From assembly GCA_963693365.1 (NCBI GenBank), contig CAVNZM010000017.1, positions 5,322,708-5,386,707 on the forward strand: 64,000 bases of DNA. Reading direction: 5' to 3'. Positions 14,216-26,221 of the stretch are shown piece after piece. A program made the translations under genes and the position numbers. How positions within the stretch are numbered: position 1 is the stretch's first letter; each line of letters opens with the position of its first letter. Origin of the DNA: Amoebidium appalachense. Its lineage: Eukaryota; Protista; Ichthyosporea. The notes beneath the pieces were generated by a model. That model worked only from the letters and a program-made list of their open reading frames with translations, did no database searches and was not told the origin of the DNA.

Positions 14216-14475
14216 TTCCCCTCCTCTTCCCCTCCCATTTTCTCTGCACACTCAACAGGTCTTAACCAGCTCTGCACATCGTTAGTCACAATCTTCTCAC
14301 ATATATGAGAGAATGATCGTATTGGTACGATTTGTCTAATATCTGACGATTCTGCAGCATCCCTAAGACCCCCCTCCCCCTCCCCCCCTCCCCCCCCCCC
14401 CCCCCCCACCTCTCTCTCTCTCTCTCTCCCTCTCCCTCTCTCCCTCTCTCCCTCTCTCCCTCTCTCTCTCGCTCT

Positions 14476-14542
<67 letters not shown>

Positions 14543-14543
14543 C

Positions 14544-14584
<41 letters not shown>

Positions 14585-14939
14585 GCGCCTGTTGTTTTGC
14601 TTGTCATTTGTTGTTCTGGTTGATTACCTGTAATCTTCGCTTATTTATGTGTGTGTGTGTGTGTGTGTGTGCATATGTTGTGCGGGGTTGCACATACCGG
14701 TGTCTACTTTTCTTCTTACTGTTTTTCTCTCCACACACTTCATCTGTCCACTTCTACATACCCCCTTTCATAGCTATAGACACACTTCACACATTGCGTT
14801 ACGCGCACGCATGCACACACCGCTCTGTTGGCGACAGCTCCCTTGGAACCCATGCGGCATGTTACCCGCCGGCGTAACATAACTCGGACTATCGGTTTGG
14901 CTTTTTTCAAGCCCAAAGCAATGGGTGATACCATATTTC

Positions 14940-15343
14940 TGTTGGAGTGCAGACTTACGCTCACTCCACAATATGTGTATGTTAGCTTTACAATTGGTTC
15001 CGTGTACATAGACACATGCTGACACTCGATCACCACATGCACATCTGCATAGTTGAGGAATGTTGCCAATTGTGTTTTGACTGCAAACGATTGGTTCACT
15101 GGTCCCAGAGATCTCTAAATGAAAGTAACCAATCCGATTAGCGCCTGGCATCCGGATTACATTCCAGACTGCTGCCCCACGGGTATATAAGCCACGTCTC
15201 TGCCAGGTGCAGACATGGAGTTAAGTCATGGAGTTAAGTCATGGAGTTCAGTCATGGAGTTAACACACTGAAAGCAGTAAAAAACGGGTCAGCGCCCAAG
15301 CGCGCCACGACGACCCTAGTCACAGCGGACTCTACTTTCAACA
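14940..15343 (+). repeat. TRIM 5' LTR (404 bp; 4 copies of a 13-bp AG(A/T)CATGGAGTT(A/C) unit)
   Basis: TG...CA termini, TATATAA at about 15184, direct repeat of 15649-16104. Confidence 0.92.
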
Positions 15344-15344
15344 G

Positions 15345-15358
15345 GGTTATGGGCCCAG
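15345..15358 (+). promoter_or_regulatory. Primer-binding site of copia/Hemivirus type (tRNAi-Met half-molecule)
   Basis: GGTTATGGGCCCAG one base after the LTR end; this is the known PBS of Drosophila copia-type elements. Confidence 0.85.
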
Positions 15359-15648
15359 ACACGACACCGCGGCCTCTAACTTCACGTCCCCTACGACGCC
15401 TTGAACGGAGGAGCCAGAAACCGACTTCTAGGCTGTACCCTACACCCGCGAGCGTATTTCCGTGAAGTAGAGACTTTCGCTTCCACAAACTCCATCCGCA
15501 GCAGCCTGCGACATCAACGTCAAGTATTCCACTTCATTGGCGGGGCACAGCACCACAGTGGAATGCACACCCCGGTCTACCCTGCAAGCAGCCACACTCA
15601 CTCTCTCTTCTCTACAGTGGTGTGTACACTTCTCCAATTGGGTAGGGG

Positions 15649-16104
15649 TGTTGGAGTGCAGACTTACGCTCACTCCACAATATGTGTATGTTAGCTTTAC
15701 AATTGGTTCCGTGTACACAGACACACGCTGACACTCGATCACCACATGCACATCTGCATAGTTGAGGAATGTTGCCAATTGTGTTTTGACTGCAAACGAT
15801 TGGTTCACTGGTCCCAGAGATCTCTAAATGAAAGTAACCAATCCGATTAGCACCTGGCATCCGGATTACATTCCAGACTGCTGCCCCACGGGTATATAAG
15901 CCACGTCTCTGCCAGGTGCAGACATGGAGTTCAGACATGGAGTTCAGACATGGAGTTCAGACATGGAGTTCAGTCATGGAGTTCAGTCATGGAGTTCAGT
16001 CATGGAGTTCAGTCATGGAGTTAACACACTGAAAGCAGTAAAAAACGGGTCAGCGCCCAAGCGCGCCACGACGACCCTAGTCACAGCGGACTCTACTTCC
16101 AACA
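15649..16104 (+). repeat. TRIM 3' LTR (456 bp; 8 copies of the 13-bp unit)
   Basis: Preceded by PPT 15636-15648. It is 52 bp (4 x 13) longer than the 5' LTR and has a few substitutions. Confidence 0.92.
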
Positions 16105-16958
16105 GTCCTACCCTGCTCATCGGGCACACTCTTACCTGGCTGGAGGACGGGTCTCTGCGTCTGGGCCATCGTCAACACATCATCGACTTGGCTGCCCGTT
16201 TTCGTCTCACCCACATGTCCGGCACCAAGACCCCCATCGTCCCGGGCCAGGCCAGTGAAAGCAACAAGACCCCAGCCTACAGCAAGAAGGAGGACTATGC
16301 CAGCCTGGTCGGTGCCCTGCTGTGGATTGCGCGTACCACCCGCCCCGACATTTCCCAGGCTCTGGGAGTCCTTACTCGACACATTCATGCGCCCACCGTC
16401 ACCCACTGGACTATGGCTACCAGAGTTGTAAGCTACCTGCTGGCCACCATCGACCTGGGTATTGTCTACCGTCCCGGCCCCCCCAACCTTGTTGGCTACT
16501 CCGACTCCGACTACGCCGAGGACCGCGACACCCGGCGCTCCACCACGGGCTATGTCTTCTTCATAAACTCCTCCCCTGTGTCCTGGGTGTCTCGGCTCCA
16601 GTCCATCACCACCCACAGCTCCACTGAGGCTGAATTTGTGGCCATGTCTGCTGCTACGAACGAGGCCCTATGGCTCAACTATGTGATGGACGACCTGGGC
16701 CTTAATCCTATCAATGAGCCCACCCCGGTGCCCATCCATGGGGACAATGAGTCTGCCCGGGCCCTGCTGGACACCCTGGGGGTTAAGCCCAAGACCAAGC
16801 ACATCGACGTCCGCTACTGCTCCGTCAAGGAACATCACCTGCTGGGCAACATCACTGTGGTCCCGGTGGCTTCTGCTGACAACAAGGCCGACATGTTCAC
16901 CAAGGCCCTGTCTGCCTCTTTCTTCACCAAGGCCGTGGGGATGCTCAACATGTGCTGA
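16105..16958 (+). mobile_element. Ty1/copia pol 3' fragment: RT C-terminus plus complete RNase H
   Basis: YASLVGALLWIARTTRPDI, LVGYSDSDYA, RRSTTGYVF, SSTEAEFVA, IHGDNESA, KTKHIDVRY, NKADMFTKAL. Frame is uninterrupted to TGA at 16958; the RT YVDD motif is absent. Confidence 0.95.
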
Positions 16959-17144
16959 GCACCCGTCATCAACCAACTGCGCCCTCATACTTCAGGGGGG
17001 GGGAGAGAGTTGCATCCGACTGTGCAACTACGTGTACCATACTAAAATTGAGTAGGGGAATCTTTATTGTCTGTATTTTGTGCACCTGAAGCACTCGAGC
17101 TCAGTTGCATTAATTCATACCACAATTATCCAATTGAGTAGGGG

Positions 17145-17909
17145 TGTTGGAGTACACTGGTACTCCCGGCTAGCAATGTCTGTTAGAGAAAGTTTCTGAG
17201 CAATTGAATAACTGTTTCAACACTCACTCGAGTGCATAGAGCTTTTGTTTACGGTCATATTCATATATGGTAGTTATATGTTTGAGCCAAAACTGTACCA
17301 ATGACGAGCTTCACTAGCAACGTGCTAATTGTGCTCATTAATTAATATTCCCGGTTCAGATGATGTCATGTCTATATTTGCCACAGGATTCTATTCTTAG
17401 AGTGGTAGTGTGCTTTATTCCCGGATATTCTCAGAATATTTTTAGTTGTGTGAAGCAAGATTTACGTTTAACTGCAATTGGTGTGTTAAACACGTTTATT
17501 TGTGTGCTTTAGTGCAAGTTAACTAGCCACTCAACGTGCACAGTTAACTTTTATATCTTTAACGACTTGTTTTCATTGTGCTCTCTTTTCGGCCATGCTG
17601 TACATGGCCCACCACCAGGGTGCACACGAGGCCACCATGAGGTGGCCAACGACTATATAAAGCAGTGCCTCCCATGTCACAAACATGGGAAGCAGAACGT
17701 TTGATTTACACTTTTCTACTGTCGTTTCCAGTGCACAAAACACATAGACTAGTTACCCATCATACACGACACTATGTCTGACAACTTACAGTTGCAGCAA
17801 CTAGTCCAACTACTGGAGCAGAGGTTGGCCTCACAAGATGCAATCATTTCTGACTTACAGAAGGAACAACGTGCACTAGAACTAGCTTCTATGAACACAA
17901 TGTCCAACA
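17145..17909 (+). mobile_element. 3' LTR of the copia element (about 765 bp)
   Basis: PPT AATTGAGTAGGGG (17132-17144) then TGTTGGAGT...TCCAACA; TATATAAA at about 17654. The right end is inferred from the inverted terminus only. Confidence 0.7.
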
Positions 17910-18364
17910 TGGGGGTGTAGTGCAATAAGTCTTAAAGGCCCGAAGCAGAGAGATTTTGGAGGGATTGAGGAAAAGGTTAAGCCTGAGGTCAGGGGGGTGG
18001 GGGAGTGAGAAGTGGTGACGGAACAGTGGGTGATTGGGTGCACTGTGTTGTAGGCGTTGAACTACATGTGAAAGTAAAAGCAAAGTGCGAGTGTGTGCAT
18101 GCGATGTGTGGGCTGTGTGAGTGCAAAGATACAATCAAATAACCGATGGGGGAAGGGGGCACCACTACCAACTACTACTTATTAACCTCTCCATACTGAA
18201 AAGAAACTAAAGGTTTAAGGACGCATCTCCACCACATTTAACGCAAGCACCCGCATACACAAACCGTTAGTGCAATATGTCTGCTCCACAGGCCGTGAAA
18301 AACGGTCTCTGGCTGATAGTATCGTAGGTTTCCCCAGTGGTTTACTAGCACGGCGGTCTCTTCA

Positions 18365-20008
18365 CACAGCAAAAAATAGTGCGAATCCGGCTCCCGATGA
18401 TCCCCGATCACGAATTAAGCCAGCTATTCTGATTGGTAGACTGTAATGAGGTCTAATTTTATTCCCGATTTCGTCCGGAATGCTTCCCGACTACGCAAAT
18501 TTGACCCGGCCCGAATCAATGTGATGCCATGTGCGGCCTAACGGTCACACCAAACAAGAAAAAGACTTGCAAACGTATCGGTCAAGTCGCACCACTCGCG
18601 CGCATTTAGTAGCAAAGATTCCTAGACAGCAGCTGGTCGTCAAAGACAACCGTTGGCAAGTTTTGGTGTAAAGAAACAGGCGACTCTAAACTAGCTTGCA
18701 CGCATTTGCTTTTGTCTTGTGTTTGGTGAGATTGCTGCGGCTCCATCTACAACTTGCATACACAGCAGTGGGCCGTGGCCCAAGACTGCGTAGAATAGTA
18801 GTTGGTGTTTTAAGCATATTGTTTTTGGGCAGGCAGGAGTTTGAGTCTGGAAAACCGGAGCTATGCGCCACAGGTAAGGTGATTTTTTTTTTATAACCTC
18901 GTCTTCACGAACCCTCTGACTTACATACTAGGCTTTTTGTCTCGTGAGGTCACACGGCAAGAAGGATACAACCTAAAACTTGTAAGCGCTTCTGTGCTTG
19001 CCTTGGTCGAAATTGGGCGTCCACGTCCAGCCGTGCATAGGCATCTGTATATCCTCGAGCCTTTGTTGCTCTGTTATTAGTTTAATAATATACTTCTTGC
19101 AATCTATGCTGCATCAGTGTTACAGAGAAGGCCACGTTGTGTTGCCTCCTTTTTGGCGGTATATAACACCGTACCCCTAGGTTCTAAAAGTCTCTTCCCC
19201 ATCGCAGGTCCTTGAACCTGCTACTGTGACTGCCAAGTTCGGGTTTTGTGAGCGGCTCTAACCAGGCTCTAACAGGTAAGCCAAGGCATCAGCATGGTGA
19301 AGTATAGGGGCAAGATGGATGTTGTGTAGTTGACTGTATCGTTCCACACCTACTGGTACTCAAATTAAAGAGTTGAAACACAGCCCATTACCTGCGTTAG
19401 AATAAGGGTTAACACACGTGCACATAGGTGTGCAGGTGAACGGTTTGCTAACCTAGCAATATACTTCTATGGCTCCCCACGACTACTTAGCTATAGCCTC
19501 TTCATGCTTGCAACCTGGTGTTGCTCATACTAGGGTTCTGTGTTTATATTGTGAGTGCTTTCTACCCAGCTGAATAGCCGTTGTTGGGCTGTTCCAGGCT
19601 CGGCATCACACCTTGCATCACACTGTGTGTGATGACGAAGAACATGACTTGACACCACACTGTGTGTGGTACGAGTAACAAATTAAAGGCGCGAGCTAGT
19701 CACGGTGTACTTCAGCATTCTTGCGGTTGTCTTCTTTTGTATTTAACTTTGGGTTAAGTTCCAGTATCGAAAGGGCGGGAAGTAGGTAAGAAAGGTCGGG
19801 AAGGAATCGGGGTGTCCCGGTCACGGGCGTGATCGGGTTTTTTTTTGCGAATCAGGGTGTGATCGGTATCAAAAAATCGGGGTGTAATCAGGCTAATTTC
19901 ATCCCGATCACGTCGCTAATTACGAATCGGGTTTCCCGATTTTGCCCCGATTCTCATATGGTGATCAGGGTTTAATCGGGACACAGATTCGCATCTTTTT
20001 TCGCTGTG
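18365..20008. mobile_element. Non-autonomous CACTA/EnSpm (CMC)-type DNA transposon, about 1.64 kb
   Basis: Imperfect TIRs CACAGCAAAAAATAGTGCGAATCCGGCTCCCGAT and (rc) CACAGCGAAAAAAGATGCGAATCTGTGTCCCGAT; 3-bp TSD TCA (18362-18364, 20009-20011); many subterminal CCCGAT/ATCGGG repeats; no transposase ORF. Confidence 0.8.
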
Positions 20009-20351
20009 TCAATAGCGTGGTAACCGGTTCCTGATGTTTCCTAGACGGTGGTGCCCTAGTGGGTCACACCCTGGGTGCCGTAGCTGTGTGGGCCGGTGTA
20101 TTGTGTTTCCCTTTGTTCCGTTAGCCACCCAGGCCTCCTTTTCTTCCACACTCCTCACCCACCTATCCACTTCTCGTCACCCTGCACAACTCTTTACCAT
20201 CATTGACTTCCTTCTTAACACGGGTGATTTTTCTCACTCCCCAACTTTGTTTCCAATACCTTGCGCGCTCACGTCACACACGTAATACAACCACCCTCTC
20301 AACCTGGTTAATTGGCTCCTTTTCTTTCTTGCTTTTCTTTCTTTCTTTCTT

Positions 20352-20389
<38 letters not shown>

Positions 20390-20578
20390 AGCTGTCTTAG
20401 ATATACTGTCTGTAAGGTGTGTGGCTTTAGCGGCCGTGGCCGTGTAGTAGGTACCATCAATAAGGGGTGTTTCCGGATTGGCCGGAGGGAGCGGCCAATA
20501 AAGTGCAATGATCCCTGTGTACAAAGCATTCGGCACTACGGTAAACTACGGTACTACCAATTAGCTGGAATTCCCCTT

Positions 20579-20611
<33 letters not shown>

Positions 20612-20651
20612 CCCTTTGTGGTTTGCTCAATGGGACATTCAGATATCAACT

Positions 20652-20707
<56 letters not shown>

Positions 20708-20735
20708 CGTGCGTGTGTGTGTGTGCGTGCGTGTG

Positions 20736-20768
<33 letters not shown>

Positions 20769-20853
20769 AGCGTGCATATGAGGGTTTGTGTGTGTGTGTG
20801 TGTGCACGCGCGTTCACGTGTTTGTGTGTGTGTGTGTGTGTGTGTGTCTCTCT

Positions 20854-20913
<60 letters not shown>

Positions 20914-21108
20914 ACGTCGTGTGTGTTAGTGCGTCCTGGTTGAAATTTGTGTGTTTCCATCTTCTTCAAACACAACACTGTACATCATTTATATGTACAT
21001 TCCAATACATACATGTATGATAAGTATCTTGTTGGGTGGAAGTACTATTTGCCTTGGTGCCGGTCCCTCATTACAGCTCACACGTGTGTCGAGAATAAAC
21101 ATCATATA

Positions 21109-21166
<58 letters not shown>

Positions 21167-21727
21167 ATCATCACAGCAATATATATCGGCAATTGCCAAA
21201 TGCTATCTAAACAAGGAAACCAATCACATCTCTCCTCCATTCTCCATAAAAGGTTATTCAAACACGCCATGAACCATGAGCCCAGCGCTACACACTACAC
21301 TTTGTTTATCTTTTAAGGAAGAAAACCATCATGGCGCCTAAATCATTGTACACCTCATATCTAGCTAAGCAGATATTTTGAAGATTCACAGACTATCTAA
21401 GCACACGCACTTCTTGGCCTACGCACAGGCCGTATTTTCCACTGGGCAAGCGCGGTTCCATCCCACCGGTAGATGAAATATCAAGGTTGTTGCTTCCAAC
21501 CTGCCACAGCCCCTAGTCGACGAAGAGAATATATCCACAGATTGATGAAATTTCAGCCGTAATTTCCGGGATAGTTTCCGAGGCAGATCCGGGCTGTCAC
21601 CACTTGAATAGAGCATCACCGTGAGGTGGGGTAGACGGAAGAGATGAAGTCTGTGCTGAAGTCACCGTTAATATCAAAATCAACTTTTAGAGAGAAAAGG
21701 GGGGGGGGGGGGGGGGGGAAGGAAAGG

Positions 21728-21787
<60 letters not shown>

Positions 21788-22064
21788 GCACGCGTGCGTG
21801 CGTGTAGGGGGGATGGGAGGGGTGGTCGGCGGATGAGGGAGGGGGAGGGGCGGGAGGGGGAGGGGGAGGGGGAGGGGGAGGGAGCATAGGGCAAAGCCAA
21901 TAGAGAGAAAAGAGGGAGGGAGGGAGGGCGGGAGAAGGAAACAAAGGAGGGGAAGAGGGGAGAGTACAGGGACCCAAAGAGGGGCGCCCAGAGGGGGAGA
22001 GGGGGTATGATACTGCAATAACTGGCTGAATCAATCGAGTAAAAAAGCATTTTTTTGTTATTGT

Positions 22065-22103
<39 letters not shown>

Positions 22104-22364
22104 CGCAGAGCTGGTTCACATATCCTCCTCCCCATCCCCCCCTCCCCCCATCGCCCCCAACCTTTCCCCTTTGGGGAAGGGTAAGAGGGACGGGGGGAGT
22201 TGTAGCGTGTGCAATCCACAAAACGGAGTACAAAAAATAAGCCACCAGAGGTAAACTAACACATGTTTGCAAAAAAAACAACACAACCAGAAGGCATGCA
22301 ACATGCGTGCAGCATAATGTGCCGTGGAGGGGGGAGGAGAGAGAAAGGTGGGGTCAGCTGGCCC

Positions 22365-22421
<57 letters not shown>

Positions 22422-22716
22422 GGGGGGATAATGTATAATGCAGTAGAATGTTGGAGATATGGTGGTGTCTCCACAAAAAAAAAAAAAAGAGTCACAAATT
22501 AGGCCAAAAAAACGCGAAATCGAACCACTACACAGAATAAATAAAAAACGTGCAGGACAGCATGAGGGTGGCACCGAGGGGGAGGGGGGTGGGGGGGATT
22601 AGGAAGAAGGCATGGTGTAACCGTGCTTTTTTTTTCCCCCCTCTGTTCTTTCTTTTTTTTTGGGAAGGAGGGGGGGGGGGGGGGGGGAAAGGGGGGGAGA
22701 GGGGGGGGGAGGGGGG

Positions 22717-22895
22717 TTTGAATGCGGAACACAGTACGAAGTTTGCATACGCGATGAGAAGCATGGTGCAGGACACATGCAAAGGCAAATCAAGTATGCA
22801 ACATCAGCCATGCGCACAGTATGCATCATAAGCAGAGCCCATCCTCAGGGAGGGCCCAAGTCATCAATTGCGTATGAGTTTCGACCCCTTAGCCC
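22717..22895 (-). mobile_element. Short dispersed repeat family A, copy 2 (longest)
   Basis: Shares blocks with 13883-14006, 23165-23273 and 60354-60410; the fixed end abuts a poly-G/C run. Confidence 0.8.
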
Positions 22896-23164
22896 ACGTA
22901 TATACGACGCTCCAACTCAGACAGCAGCATCAACTGAACTTGGGTGGGTCAACCAGTTTTGATCAAAGATGAGCAGGGTTGCTTATGCAAGCAAGGTGAG
23001 CAAAACGGTGAAGATGTGTGTGCAAACTAATGCAGTGCAGCGAAAAACACGTATGTGCTTACAGATGCCCGACACAGAGCAACCATGCCCGGTTGCATGG
23101 AATTAAAGATGTCTCCACACAGTGGTCTGTCCTGAAAGGACACCTCTGAAAGAAGACAGGGGGG

Positions 23165-23273
23165 TTTGAATGAGGAACACAGTAAGAAGTACGCATACAC
23201 GATGACAAGCATGGTGCAGGACACATGCAAAGGCAAACATTCAAGTATGCAACATCAGCCATGCGCACAGTAT
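23165..23273 (-). mobile_element. Short dispersed repeat family A, copy 3 (truncated)
   Basis: TTTGAATGAGGAACACAGTAAGAAGT...CATCAGCCATGCGCACAGTATG is nearly identical to 22717-22823. Confidence 0.8.
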
Positions 23274-23373
23274 GGGGAGGGGGGGGGGGGGGAGGGGGGG
23301 GGGGGGGGGGGGGGCGGGTGATAGTAGAAGAACGGGGAGTCGGGGGGGTGGGTGGGGGCTATGTTGGTGGTGG

Positions 23374-23502
<129 letters not shown>

Positions 23503-23580
23503 ATTTTGGGGAAGTGGCACATACCATGCAACCACATGCACGTGAGAGAACTTCATGTTCATGAGCCGGGGGGGCGGTAC

Positions 23581-23831
23581 ATGTGTGCCTCGATCAGATA
23601 AGACAGAGCCTGTCCCTGCTCCACACTCAGGCGGTGACGAACGGCAAAATGCTGGCCTAGACGCTTAGGGTCATCTCCCTATTTTGAAAAACTATTACCA
23701 TACGGCTGTTGACACCCTCCCCCCTCCCCCCCCCCCAAAAAATAAAAATAAAAATAAAAAACAAAAAATAATAACCTACACCACCGCCTGAGGTCCAACC
23801 TAACTCCTTCCTCGCACACCCGCCTATGCAC

Positions 23832-23874
<43 letters not shown>

Positions 23875-23981
23875 GGCCCCTTTCTCCCTCTGCCAAAAAC
23901 CAGCCAATCTTGCCTCGCCATCTCCTCTTAGACTCGGTGAAACACATAGAGGCCCAATGCAGCATTTCCTGACTATTTATA

Positions 23982-24012
<31 letters not shown>

Positions 24013-25377
24013 CCACCCACCCACCCACCCCCTCCCTTTCCCCATCCCTTCCTCCCCTCCCTATCTACCCTTCCCAAGCCCTCCTCTGCCACCTAATACC
24101 TCCCCTAGGCTGTTCCTCCCTCTCACTACCTTCCCCCCCCTCCCCCCCCCCCCCCCCCCCCTCCCTTCATCCCGTAATCATTCTTTCGCCCCCCAACCCA
24201 CTCCCCTCCCTCCTTAATTTCCTTTTAAGCCCCCCCCCCCCCCCAAAAAAAAAAAAAAAACCCGCGCCCCCCCCCCCCCCCCCCCCCCCCTCTTTCACAC
24301 CCAACCCCCACCCGCACGCCCACCCCTTGCTTCCCGCCCCCCCCCCCCCCCCCCCCCCCCTCCCCCCCCCCTTTTCCCCCCCTCCCCCCCCCCCCCCCCC
24401 CCCCCCCCCCCCTTTTCCCCGTCCATTTCCTCCCCAGCTGGAAAAAGGCAACAAAGCAATGAAGAAACAAGCGCCACACCCACCTCATAAACCGTTATCA
24501 CCCCCGTCCTATTTGGCCCATCCTTAGCCACCTCCATCTCCATTTCGAACATGGGTTCCTTTTGGCCCCTTGCTCCCTTTGGGACGTAAATGTCTGCTGA
24601 TGTTCTCGTTCTCCCTTTCAGCAATCCACCCACACTGGATCTATTCCCTCCGTCCTTTTCCTTCTCCAATCTCCCATCTCCCTCCCCTGGTTGGATGCTT
24701 AAATTTCCTTGAGAATCCCCTCGTTTGACAACTCCCTTGCTGGTTTCATTCGTCTTGGTTTCTTTCGTTTGTGTGCTTGTTTGCCCACCTCTAGGTGTCT
24801 GTGCTTGGTCTTTCCTTGTATTCTGTGCATAAACCTTCGCGTTGTTCTCCGCTTTTCTCTCCACCACAATTGTAGCTTTAGCCCTGCCACCTACCCCACC
24901 TCCGGCGTCCTGTTTCCCTCTTCCCCCTCTTCCCCTCCCCCCTCCGCCTTCCTCTCTCGGTTCCCTCCTCTCCACTCTCTCCTCCCTCCCATCCACCTTA
25001 CCCCTCCCACTAGAACCAACTTTTACCCCACGATTTGTCGTCAATTCACTTTCCTCATCGCTATCAGGATCACCCGTCTCCACAAACACCAGTTCCCTTT
25101 CCTCCGCTCCAAAAGGAACATCTTCCCTTCCAAAACCCGTAAAACGAAAAGAAGGGTCACTTCCAGAGCTTTCTCCTCGACCGCCCGGTATAGGTTGCTG
25201 TGTGAGAATCGGTGCGGCACCACGAGAGGTGGAATACCGCTTCCCCCCCCCTTGTAACGCTCATCATACGGCTGGTTTTTCTCGTTTTCTTGTTTTCTTG
25301 TTTTCTCGTTTTCGAACTTCTCGTTTTCTCTTTTTTTTCGTTGCCCTCAGATGAAAATGATGACGTCATCGGGGGCC
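23581..25377 (-). CDS. Uncharacterised protein (partial model): long charged low-complexity region plus a small conserved-looking C-terminal domain
   Basis: Exon about 25377-24484 (needs two homopolymer indels near 25335 and 25247) splices GT-AG in phase 0 to exon 23678-23581. Junction reads [24 protein letters not shown]|[33 protein letters not shown] likely upstream exon lies at about 25890-25740; the termini are unresolved. Confidence 0.55.
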
Positions 25378-25668
25378 CTTAGATTGGGGGCGGGGGGGGG
25401 GGGGGGGGGGGAGGGCTCGAGGGGGGGACAGTGATTGTCCAAACTAAACCGCACACAACGACACGTGCGTGCCGCAACCGCAGTACACGCACAATGATAA
25501 ACACAAACGATAATATTTGAACAATAACACACAGACACACAGACACACACACACACACAATAATAAATCCAACCAGGCAGCGACTACATCCACATTCAAA
25601 CATCATGATTCACAAGAAAACAAACTCACCGTAACACATCACATATAAAGAAGCCCTTACAACATCCC

Positions 25669-25709
<41 letters not shown>

Positions 25710-25984
25710 CCGCCCCCAACACCCCCACCCTAAACTCCCCGGGGCCCCCGGGCCCAGGCGGCCCAGCCTGAGGGATTTGGGCGGTGGTTTCAGTAGCCAG
25801 AACACACCTTGACTGATGATATCTCGCAAACGTGCTCATATTAATTGATATACGGCGTGCTAACACACTCAGATGTACATATATCCTACGAAGGCGTCGA
25901 CCTATTATTTTTAAATTGTGAGCTTCGCCTCCTCCGTCCCCCCGGGCCCCCCTCCCCATCCGTCCCCCCGGGGCGAGTCCCCCC

Positions 25985-26016
<32 letters not shown>

Positions 26017-26133
26017 TGTCCCCCCCTTTCCCCCCGGGGAGGACCCTCAACCAAACATATATACCTATGCGTACCTGAGGCTATTGATATGTACAGCCAA
26101 ATGCAGAAACACCCGCACACGCAAGGCCGTGCA

Positions 26134-26180
<47 letters not shown>

Positions 26181-26221
26181 CACACACAGGTACACACACA
26201 CACACACATGTACAATTGCAA

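Larger units (their letters stand above)
14940..16104 (+). mobile_element. Copia-type TRIM (non-autonomous miniature LTR retrotransposon)
   Basis: Two near-identical LTRs, TGTTGG...CAACA, at 14940-15343 and 15649-16104, flanking a 305-bp internal region with no pol. PBS GGTTATGGGCCCAG follows the 5' LTR and PPT AATTGGGTAGGGG precedes the 3' LTR. No TSD (ATTTC vs GTCCT). Confidence 0.9.

Noticed and set aside
13383-14370. Possible + strand gene (ATGs at 13383 and 14109, acceptor at 14258)
   Set aside because: No phase-consistent exon chain or recognisable protein could be built.
15920-16023. CRISPR-like array
   Set aside because: Head-to-tail 13-bp units with no spacers, inside an LTR; no cas genes, eukaryotic context.
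16077-17055. Antisense and alternate-frame ORFs over copia pol
   Set aside because: Shadows of a GC3-rich coding frame; no motifs.
21419-21690. Possible terminal exon or ORF on the minus strand
   Set aside because: All frames close quickly and show no homology; it may be 3' UTR or a last exon of the orphan gene, but this is unsupported.
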